Of a stretch of DNA of 42,397 nucleotides, positions 16,617 through 25,082 are shown one piece after another. The stretch is from Phycisphaerales bacterium (GTDB taxonomy: Bacteria > Planctomycetota > Phycisphaerae > SM23-33). Location of the stretch: NCBI GenBank assembly GCA_003171235.1, contig PMYM01000182.1:1-42397 (forward strand), given 5' to 3'. Both the position numbers and the translations under genes were made by a program. Under the pieces are notes generated by a model. It was not told where the DNA came from, searched no databases, and worked only from the letters and a program-made list of their open reading frames with translations. Positions within the stretch are counted from its first letter, which is position 1, and every line of letters starts with the position of its first letter.

Positions 16617-17714
16617 ATGATGATTCTGGCGGCGGCGGCAGCGATGGCAGTGGCGTTCTTCCTGGCGGCGACGGGCACGGTAGTGGCCCGCCGGCTGGCG
16701 GTGCTGTGGGATTTCATCAGTTATCCCAAGGGCGACCGCTTCAGCCGCGCCGCCACGCCCATGCTGGGCGGCTGTGCCATTTTCCTGGCCATCCTCATGC
16801 CCAGCCTGCTGGTGCTGTCGCTGGCCGTCTCCTGGGCCAGCGGCCCCCTGCCGGCCTGGGCGGCCGGCGCCTGGGCGGACCGGCTCAGCATCCACATCGG
16901 CGGCGCCGCCAGCAAGGCCCCCATGGCCCTGATCGTTCTGGCCGGGGCAACCCTGCTGCATGTTGTCGGACTGGTCGATGACAAGAAACACCTGGGCCCG
17001 TGGATCAAGCTGCTGGCGCAATTCGCCGTGGCCGCCGGGGTGGTGCTGCTGGCCGACGTCCGCATGCTCACGCTGCTGGGCGAGCCGGCCAGCACGCTGG
17101 GCAGCATCTGCTGGATCGTGCTGATCACCAACTCCTTCAACTTCCTGGACAACGTGGACGGCCTGGCGGCGGGCGTGGCGGCCATCTGCGGCTGCGCCCT
17201 GCTGGGATCGGCCGCCGGCAGCGGGCAGGTCTTCGTGGGCGGCTGGCTGTGCCTGCTGATCGGCGCCTGCGCCGGTTTCCTGGTTCACAACTTCCCGCCG
17301 GCCAAGGTATACATGGGCGACGCCGGCTCGATGGTGATCGGTTATTTCCTGGCCGTGCTGTCGGTGCTGACCACCTACTACCACAGCGGGCCCAGCGGCC
17401 ACTATTACGGGCTGTTCGTGCCGCTGGTGGTGCTGGCGGTGCCGCTGTATGACACCCTCAGCGTGGTAACCCTCCGCCTGCGCGAGCGCAAAAACCCCAT
17501 GGTGGGCGACACCCGGCACTTCTCCCATCGCCTGATCCGCCGGGGCATGAGCCCCCGGGCCGCCGTCCTGACCATCTACCTGGCCACCGGGGCCACGGCC
17601 GTGGGCGCCAGCCTGCTGCCGCGGGTGGACGAACTGGGGGCGGTGATGGTCTTGGGCCAGACGCTGGCGATCGTCCTGCTGATCGCCCTGCTGGAATCGG
17701 CGGAGCAGCGATGA
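16617..17714 (+). CDS. Glycosyltransferase family 4 (MraY/WecA-like polyprenyl-phosphate sugar-1-phosphate transferase)
   Basis: I prefer the ATG at 16617 (MMILAAAAAMAVAFFL). It is a polytopic membrane protein with the motifs ITNSFNFLDNVDGLAAG and VYMGDAGSMVIGY. The ORF's upstream part is a translation of the family 3 repeat. Confidence 0.8.
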   Translation: MMILAAAAAMAVAFFLAATGTVVARRLAVLWDFISYPKGDRFSRAATPMLGGCAIFLAILMPSLLVLSLAVSWASGPLPAWAAGAWADRLSIHIGGAASKAPMALIVLAGATLLHVVGLVDDKKHLGPWIKLLAQFAVAAGVVLLADVRMLTLLGEPASTLGSICWIVLITNSFNFLDNVDGLAAGVAAICGCALLGSAAGSGQVFVGGWLCLLIGACAGFLVHNFPPAKVYMGDAGSMVIGYFLAVLSVLTTYYHSGPSGHYYGLFVPLVVLAVPLYDTLSVVTLRLRERKNPMVGDTRHFSHRLIRRGMSPRAAVLTIYLATGATAVGASLLPRVDELGAVMVLGQTLAIVLLIALLESAEQR

Positions 17715-20320
17715 CGCACTCCCCGGCCAACAACGTTGCCCAGGGCCAGGCCTCCCTGCAACCGGCATCGGCGCCGCCGATCCTGGCCAGGCGGCTGGAG
17801 ACGCTGGCGCTGGGGCTGATCCTGGCCGTGGCGGTCGCCCGGCCGTACATGACCGAGATGCATTTCCGCCTGTCGGAAATGAGCTTTGCGTCGGCCAAGG
17901 CGGATGACTACAAGCCGCCGTCGGAACTCATCCGCGTACTGTGCGCCATGGGGCTGCTGCTGGCCTTTACCCTGTGGGCGGCGTCGTGGGCGATGGCCGG
18001 GCGGAAGATCCGCGGGCGGAGTTTTCTGCTTCTGGCGTTGGCGCTGGCGGGCTGGTCGGCCGCCGGATTGGCCCTGCCCCCCGACCGCCGCGGGGCCATT
18101 GACCTGTGGTTTGAGCAGTTCTGCCTGATGCTGACCTGCCTGGCGGTGATGAACATGGCCCGCGACCGCCGGAAATTCGGCCTGATCGTGGTCGTGCTGG
18201 TCGCCTTGGCCGGCGCGATGGGCACCAAGGGGATCATGCAGGCCTCTTACGAGAACTCCGAACAGGCGGCGGAATTCAAGGCCGACCGCGCCCGTTTCCT
18301 GGCCCCGGCGGACATCGAGCCGGGCAGCACGCAGGCGCGGCTGCTGGAGCGGCGGGTCAGTGACCCCTCCGCCACCGGGTTCATGGGGCTGTCCAACGAC
18401 TTTGCCTCGCTGCTGGTCATCCTGGGGGCGTGCGGGGCGGGCCTGGCGGTCGAGAAGGTCCGTTGGGCGCGGCAGTCTCCCCGGCTTGATCCCCCCCGGC
18501 GCGGACAGGTTCACCTGCCCGGCGTGGCGGCCGTGATCGCCGTTTTGGCCGCGGCGGCAGCGGCAGCCGCCCTGGCCCTGACCAACAGCAAGGGCGGCGC
18601 AGCCTCAGGCGCCTTGGCGATTCTGGCGGGCGGGCTGGCGGCATGGAAGGGATCAGCCATGCTGCCGCACAGGCGGCTGTGGCTGGCGGCGACAGGCGGG
18701 GCGATACTGGCGGTGATCGCCGGCGTGGCGGCGCTGGGCATGGCGGGCGGGCGGTTGCCGGGGCGGAGTTTCCAGGTGCGGTGGGAGTACTGGCAGGGGT
18801 CGGTGCAGATCATCCGCGACGCGCCGCTGCTGGGCGCCGGGCCGGGCGGCTTTGGCGATGCCTATCTGTTGCACCGGCTGCCCCAGGCGGCTGAAAGCAC
18901 CCGCACCCCCCATAACCTCATTTTCGATGCCGCCACGCAGTACGGCCTGCCGGGCGGCTTGCTGTATCTGGCCGCGATCGTGTGGGTGCTGGCCGCCATG
19001 ACCCGCCCGGGGCGGGGCGAGCAACCCGTTTGGGCCAAGCACCGCGATGCGCTCTGGCTTGTGCCGCTGACGCTGGCGGTGATTCTCACCAGGGCCGTGA
19101 CGGCCGGCACAACTGGGGCGGCCCATTTTGTGATCGATGCCGCCCTGCCGGGGGCGATCTTCGCCGCCGCCCTGGCGGGGGCGATGTGGGCGGGGCAGAA
19201 CTTGGGCGCATCGGCCATTTGCGGGCGCTGGGCGCGAATCGGCCTGGCGGCGGGGGTTTTCGGCTTCGTGCTGCACAACCTGCTGACGCACTCGCTGTGG
19301 TCGCCGGGCACGGCCACGATTTTCTGGATCGCCGCCGGGGCGGCGGTCGCCGGCGGCCTGGGGCCTCTGGAGCAGTCGGTGCGGGCAGGCAGGCTTGCCG
19401 GGGCGCTGGCGGGCCTGGCGACGGTCGGACTGGTGATCGCCCTGGCGGCGGTGCTGGCGCCGGTGGCGCTGCAGCGGTCCTACGTACGCGCCGCCACCCT
19501 GGCCGTGGGCGGGCAGGATTATCCGCTGGCTGCGACCAAGCTTCAGCAGGCGGCCGATGTCGATCACCTGGATGCCCTGGCCCCAGCCGACCTGGCCCGG
19601 CTTTACTGGACCGGCCAGGTTGGCGAAAACCTCAACGATTGTCTGGCCAGCGCCGCCCGGGCCGCCGAATTGGCCTGGCGCCGCTCCCCCACCGCCGGCA
19701 ACGCCCGCCTGCTGGGCCAGATTCTCTTCGACCAGGCCCGGCCGTGGGAACTGACCTGCGCCTGGCACAACCACAGGGGAGATAGCCCGGAGTTGCAGGC
19801 CAAACTGCTGCAGCAGTGGGAGAGGCGGAAAGACCCCGCCGTCGCCTGCCAACTGGCGGAAGTGCTGGCCGCGCAGGGCAAGAATGACCAGGCTTTGGAG
19901 GTGCTGGATGAGGCCGCCCGCCAGTTCGGCCCTGCCGTGCCGAAACTCTACGAACACCTGGGCGATCTGGCCTGGCGGCGGGGCGAGCCAGACCAGGCCC
20001 GGCAGAACTGGCAACTTTACATAAAGGGCGGGGAGGCTGCCGATCCCGCCTTGACGCAGCGGGCGGTCGAACTGATGCTTTCGGCCCGCGACAAAGATCC
20101 GATGGACCTACAGGGCCGGCTAAGTCTGGGCGAGATGCTCTGGCAGACCGGGCGATTGGCCCAGGCGCAAAGCGAGATCCAGGAGGCCCTACGAATCAAC
20201 GCCCTCCGACCTGCCGACAGCGACATCCGCTACAGCCCCGAAGACCTTCAGCAGATCCACCTGCTCGGGCAGAAGTGCCGGGCCGTGGCGGCCGAACCAG
20301 TAGCCAGAGCTATTGAGTAG
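17711..20320 (+). CDS. O-antigen ligase (Wzy_C)-like polytopic membrane protein with C-terminal TPR repeats
   Basis: An ATGA start/stop overlap links it to the upstream transferase. It has more than 10 predicted TM helices and RTPHNLIFDAATQYGLPGGLLYLAAI (O-antigen ligase-type loop). The last roughly 280 aa look TPR-like (LGDLAWRRGEPDQARQNWQLYIK, LGEMLWQTGRLAQAQSEIQEALRI). Confidence 0.8.
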   Translation: MTHSPANNVAQGQASLQPASAPPILARRLETLALGLILAVAVARPYMTEMHFRLSEMSFASAKADDYKPPSELIRVLCAMGLLLAFTLWAASWAMAGRKIRGRSFLLLALALAGWSAAGLALPPDRRGAIDLWFEQFCLMLTCLAVMNMARDRRKFGLIVVVLVALAGAMGTKGIMQASYENSEQAAEFKADRARFLAPADIEPGSTQARLLERRVSDPSATGFMGLSNDFASLLVILGACGAGLAVEKVRWARQSPRLDPPRRGQVHLPGVAAVIAVLAAAAAAAALALTNSKGGAASGALAILAGGLAAWKGSAMLPHRRLWLAATGGAILAVIAGVAALGMAGGRLPGRSFQVRWEYWQGSVQIIRDAPLLGAGPGGFGDAYLLHRLPQAAESTRTPHNLIFDAATQYGLPGGLLYLAAIVWVLAAMTRPGRGEQPVWAKHRDALWLVPLTLAVILTRAVTAGTTGAAHFVIDAALPGAIFAAALAGAMWAGQNLGASAICGRWARIGLAAGVFGFVLHNLLTHSLWSPGTATIFWIAAGAAVAGGLGPLEQSVRAGRLAGALAGLATVGLVIALAAVLAPVALQRSYVRAATLAVGGQDYPLAATKLQQAADVDHLDALAPADLARLYWTGQVGENLNDCLASAARAAELAWRRSPTAGNARLLGQILFDQARPWELTCAWHNHRGDSPELQAKLLQQWERRKDPAVACQLAEVLAAQGKNDQALEVLDEAARQFGPAVPKLYEHLGDLAWRRGEPDQARQNWQLYIKGGEAADPALTQRAVELMLSARDKDPMDLQGRLSLGEMLWQTGRLAQAQSEIQEALRINALRPADSDIRYSPEDLQQIHLLGQKCRAVAAEPVARAIE

Positions 20321-20328
20321 CCAAGACT

Positions 20329-20562
20329 CTACGCAGAGGCGCAGAGATCGCAGAGAAGCCGCAGAGAACAGGAAAGGAATGTGTGAGGACAACCAGTAAC
20401 CGGTGCTTTAACTTTAGTTTTGGGTCGCCACTTTGGGTCGTCCTTAAACCCTCCGCCTGGATAATGGCCCACTATGTGCGAACGCCGCTATGAATTGTTG
20501 CTGCAGCTTTAATTACCTTGTTTTCTCTGCGTATCTCTGCGATCTCTGCGCCTCTGCGTATA
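20329..20562. mobile_element. MITE-like element: roughly 40-bp terminal inverted repeats of CGCAGAG units around a lower-G+C 146-bp core
   Basis: The left arm is ctacgcagaggcgcagagatcgcagagaagccgcagagaa (20329-20368). The reverse complement of the right arm (20522-20562) is ctatacgcagaggcgcagagatcgcagagatacgcagagaa. A 26-nt run is identical. TA abuts both ends. There is no coding capacity. Confidence 0.45.
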
Positions 20563-20582
20563 GTCCTGGACTATTCCGAGAT

Positions 20583-20613
20583 CCCAATTTGAAATTCCCA
20601 GATTTGAAATCCC
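20583..20613. repeat. AATTTGAAATTCCC / AGATTTGAAATCCC tandem units (14-nt, 2 x 7) abutting the aat stop
   Basis: cccaatttgaaattcccagatttgaaatccc is a direct-orientation relative of 21361-21400. Confidence 0.75.
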
Positions 20614-20614
20614 T

Positions 20615-21322
20615 TCAGAACTGGACCCCCTTGCCTATGGCCGTCGCCAGCAGGTCCAAGTATTCCCACCGGCGGATTTCGCAGGCGCCGTAGCGGGCCA
20701 GGTTGGGCGTCAGCCACTGCACGTCGCAGAGCACAAAACCCTGCCGGCGAAGATGCTCCACCAGGAACACCAGGGCCGCCTTGCCGGCGTCGGTGACGCG
20801 GTGAAACATGCTCTCGGCAAAGAAGGCCCCGCCGATGGCCACGCCGTACACGCCCCCCGCCAGCGGTCCCTTTGCCGCCGGCGCCTGGCGATTCCCAGGT
20901 GCGGCGGCCTTTGCCCGGGCGGGATGCGCCTTGCTCCGGCGGCGCGGGTGAAGATCGGCCCAGGCGGCCGAAACGTAGGCCTCAACGGAATGTGCGAAGC
21001 CCAGCCGGTGCAACTGGCCGTAGGCGGCCAGGAAGTCACGATTGATCCAGGTGCCCTCGCGCCTGCGGCCGCAGGCCCGCATCACGCCGCCGAAGTCGCC
21101 GTCGAGGGTGCAGACAAACCGCCCCTGCCGCAACGTCGCCGCCAGGCGGCGCGAGACGTGGAACCGTTCATCCAGCGGCAGCAGGCAGCGCGGGTCGGGG
21201 GAGAACCACAGCAACTCCCCCGGCTCATCCGGATCGGGCATGGGAAAGACGCCCGAGGCGTACGCCGCCAGCAGTTCCCGCGGCCGGAGCTCCTGCGGTA
21301 TCCTTTTGCTCGTCTTGGCCAT
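20615..21322 (-). CDS. aat: Leucyl/phenylalanyl-tRNA--protein transferase
   Basis: LLAAYASGVFPMPD...LLWFSPDPRCLLPL..FHVSRRL...EGTWINRDFLAAYGQLHRLGFAHSVEAY...LAGGVYGVAIGGAFFAESMFHRVTDAGKAAL matches the E. coli Aat pattern. It also carries a basic Ala/Pro-rich insertion of about 35 aa. Confidence 0.9.
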   Translation of the reverse strand: MAKTSKRIPQELRPRELLAAYASGVFPMPDPDEPGELLWFSPDPRCLLPLDERFHVSRRLAATLRQGRFVCTLDGDFGGVMRACGRRREGTWINRDFLAAYGQLHRLGFAHSVEAYVSAAWADLHPRRRSKAHPARAKAAAPGNRQAPAAKGPLAGGVYGVAIGGAFFAESMFHRVTDAGKAALVFLVEHLRRQGFVLCDVQWLTPNLARYGACEIRRWEYLDLLATAIGKGVQF

Positions 21323-21360
21323 GACAGGCAGATTTGACCACAGCAGGTCCCGTGGTGCTT

Positions 21361-21400
21361 TTCAATTCCCAGATTTGAAATTCCCAAATTTGAAATCCCC
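21361..21400. repeat. Second copy of the GATTTGAAATTCCC tandem units, upstream of aat
   Basis: ttcaattcccagatttgaaattcccaaatttgaaatcccc has the same orientation as 20583-20613. It lies in the divergent aat/ispF spacer. Confidence 0.75.
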
Positions 21401-21439
21401 GAATCGACAATCTCTCGTCTGATTGGCATACTCTAGGGC

Positions 21440-21922
21440 ATGAACAGGATAGGATTCGGCTACGATTCTCACCGTTTCGAGGCCGGGAGGCCGTTGGTGC
21501 TGGCCGGGGTGAAGCTGCCCGGCGAGCGCGGCCTGGCCGGGCATTCCGACGGCGACGCCGCCCTGCACGCCCTGATGGACGCCATGCTGGGGGCGGCGGG
21601 CCTGGGCGACGTCGGCGAGCATTTTCCCCCCACCGACGAACGCTTCCGCAACGCCGACAGCGCCGCCTTGTGCACCGAGGTGGTGGCCCTGCTGGCCCAG
21701 ATGGGCTGGGTGGTCGTCAACGCCGACCTGACCATCGTGACCGAAGAACCGCACCTGGCCCCCCACAAGCAGGCCATGCGCGACCGCGTGGGCGACCTTT
21801 TGGGGCTGGACACGGTGGCCGTTTCGGTCAAGGCCAAGACCAACGAGAAGATGGACGCCATCGGCGCCGGAGAGGGCCTGGCCGCCTACGCCGTGGTGCT
21901 GCTGGAAGAACTGGGAGAGTAG
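21440..21922 (+). CDS. ispF: 2-C-methyl-D-erythritol 2,4-cyclodiphosphate synthase
   Basis: MNRIGFGYDSHRF...GLAGHSDGDAALHALMDAMLGAAGLGDVGEHFP...DLTIVTEEPHLAPH...VSVKAKTNEKMDAIG is the canonical IspF pattern. Confidence 0.95.
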   Translation: MNRIGFGYDSHRFEAGRPLVLAGVKLPGERGLAGHSDGDAALHALMDAMLGAAGLGDVGEHFPPTDERFRNADSAALCTEVVALLAQMGWVVVNADLTIVTEEPHLAPHKQAMRDRVGDLLGLDTVAVSVKAKTNEKMDAIGAGEGLAAYAVVLLEELGE

Positions 21923-21923
21923 G

Positions 21924-22025
21924 AATTGACAATTTTCAATTTTCAATTGTCAATTGAAGAAGGAGCCCGAGGCAGGCCTTGGCTCTTCTCCTTCAATTGT
22001 CAATTGACAATTGAAAATTGACAAT
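21924..22025. repeat. Two 7-nt-phased AATTGNN arrays (5 units each) flanking a GC hairpin between ispF and cysS
   Basis: The left array is aattgac aattttc aattttc aattgtc aattgaa (21924-21958). A central hairpin ggagcc...ggctc(t)tcc lies within 21959-21994. The right array is aattgtc aattgac aattgaa aattgac aat (21995-22025). The arms are mutually complementary because CAATTG is palindromic. Confidence 0.8.
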
Positions 22026-22038
22026 CTAGAGGTGTTCC

Positions 22039-23529
<1,491 letters not shown>

Positions 23530-23536
23530 GACAATG

Positions 23537-23625
23537 GGTGGCATGGTCACGCTTCTTTTCGCGTGACCATGTTCTAGACGATCTGCATGGTCACGCGGGA
23601 GATGAAGCAGCGTGACCATGCCACC
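23537..23625. repeat. Twin-hairpin element, family 2 (GGTGGCATGGTCACGC termini)
   Basis: The sequence is GGTGGCATGGTCACGCttcttttcGCGTGACCATG ttctagacgatctg CATGGTCACGCgggagatgaagcaGCGTGACCATGCCACC, with a 16-bp perfect terminal inverted repeat. Other copies are at 29260-29321, 33818-33957 and 39822-39958. Confidence 0.8.
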
Positions 23626-23646
23626 CGAGTAGGATTCTTGCTTAGC

Positions 23647-24141
23647 ATGAGTAACGCCATCCGCATACTGGGCATCGACCCGGGTTTGCACCTGACCGGC
23701 TACGGGGCCATTGAGAGCCGGGGGGGCGACTGGGCCATTCTGGAGGCGGGCGTCATCCAGACCGACCCGCGCCTGCCCATGCCCCAGCGGCTGGAGCGAC
23801 TGCACCAGGACCTGTGCGGCCTGCTGGCGGAGATCAAGCCCGACCTGGCGGCCATCGAGCAGCTTTATTCCCACTATGCCCACCCGCGCACGGCCATTCT
23901 CATGGGCCACGCCCGGGGCGCCATTCTGCTGGCCTGCGCCCAGGCCGGGGTGGAAATCCGCAACATGCCCGCCACCATGGTCAAACGCAGCCTGACCGGC
24001 AACGGCCACGCCTCCAAGCAGCAGGTCCAGCGGGCCATCCAGAGCTTCTGTCGCCTTCCTGCCCCGCCCGAGCCGCCCGACGTGGCCGACGCCCTGGCCA
24101 TCGCCCTGTGCGCCGCCCGCAAGTTTCCCCCACGCGCGTAA
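23647..24141 (+). CDS. ruvC: Crossover junction endodeoxyribonuclease RuvC
   Basis: ATG at 23647 gives MSNAIRILGIDPGLHLTGYGAIE...IEQLY......G.ARG...LA......I....P..VK....G.G.A.K.QV...I. The upstream part of the ORF is a translation of the repeat. Confidence 0.9.
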   Translation: MSNAIRILGIDPGLHLTGYGAIESRGGDWAILEAGVIQTDPRLPMPQRLERLHQDLCGLLAEIKPDLAAIEQLYSHYAHPRTAILMGHARGAILLACAQAGVEIRNMPATMVKRSLTGNGHASKQQVQRAIQSFCRLPAPPEPPDVADALAIALCAARKFPPRA

Positions 24142-24165
24142 TTGACTGCGCCCCGCTTTGGCCCG

Positions 24166-25071
24166 TCAGTAAATCCTCAGCGCCCGCTTGAGCAGGCTGA
24201 CCAGGGGAATGGCGATCAGCAGGTAGGCCATAACCCAGGGCGGCAGGAACTCGGCCTGGGGAAAAGACCAGCCCACGGCTGACCACACCGCCGGCAGGCG
24301 CATGTCCCGCAGCAGTTCCATGAAACCCGGCACCACGCCGAAGAGCTTGCGCGGCTTGAGGGGCACTTCCATGACCACGCTCGGATCGCCGCCCGCTACC
24401 GCCACCGGCTCGCTGTAAGTCGGCTGGCCGATCAGCAGCTCCCGCTTGTAGAGCTTGTGCTCGTAGGGCATCTGGAGCAGGTAGGGCCTGGGGCTGGCCT
24501 GGCCGCGGATTTTCCAGATGGCCACGCCGCCGCCCTTGGAATCTGCCGTGTCCGTCACCACTTCCTGCACCCAGGGGGAGGCCTGGCCCGGCCTGGTGGG
24601 CAGGGCCTCCAAACCATCCACCGGGTCGAGATAGGGATAGCGGGTGCCGATGGCCAGGGTGGGCAGGTAGGCCCGCACCGCAAGCTCCTCGCCCGCCTGG
24701 GGGGGATGGAAGCCCAGCCGGCCAAAGCCCCACGTCGCCAGCAGCGCCACCGGCAACAGCGAGAACAGCAGCGGCTTGAGTTCGTACTTAGTGGCGCGGA
24801 ACTTGATCGCCGTCACCACGTCCTTGTGCCGCTTGACGGCCTGCTTGTCGCGGGCGGCCTTGGCCTGCTTGATCAACTTGACTTGCTGCTTGCGGTCGGC
24901 GTCGCATCGCCGGAGGAAATCCTGGTCGGTGGCCCATTTGCGGATCAGCACCATGGCCAGGCTGGTCATCACCGCCAGCAGGATCAGGGCCAGGTCGCTG
25001 GGCAGGCGCAGCAGCCAGCCCACCACGTAATCCATGCCGCTCACGATCGTGTTATTGAGCCATTCAAACAT
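24166..25071 (-). CDS. Three-TM membrane protein with a TM1 / basic coiled-coil / TM2 layout (EMC3/DUF106-like?)
   Basis: ATG at 25069-25071 gives MFEWLNNTIVSGMDYVVGWLLRLPSDLALILLAVMTSLAMVLIRKWATDQDFLRRCDADRKQQVKLIKQAKAARDKQAVKRHKD...ELKPLLFSLLPVALLATWGF. A soluble insert of about 150 aa and a C-terminal TM (PPWVMAYLLIAIPLVSLL) follow. It lies 11 nt downstream of the dikinase-like gene. Confidence 0.7.
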   Translation of the reverse strand: MFEWLNNTIVSGMDYVVGWLLRLPSDLALILLAVMTSLAMVLIRKWATDQDFLRRCDADRKQQVKLIKQAKAARDKQAVKRHKDVVTAIKFRATKYELKPLLFSLLPVALLATWGFGRLGFHPPQAGEELAVRAYLPTLAIGTRYPYLDPVDGLEALPTRPGQASPWVQEVVTDTADSKGGGVAIWKIRGQASPRPYLLQMPYEHKLYKRELLIGQPTYSEPVAVAGGDPSVVMEVPLKPRKLFGVVPGFMELLRDMRLPAVWSAVGWSFPQAEFLPPWVMAYLLIAIPLVSLLKRALRIY

Positions 25072-25082
25072 AAGCCAATCCG

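Noticed and set aside
20298-20325. A second GTAGCC-type heptamer array at the 3' end of the ligase-like gene (ccagtagccagagctattgagtagcc).
   Set aside because: The two AGTAGCC copies are 17 nt apart, which is not in 7-nt phase, and most of the stretch is coding. I treat it as only a loose resemblance to 2075-2109.
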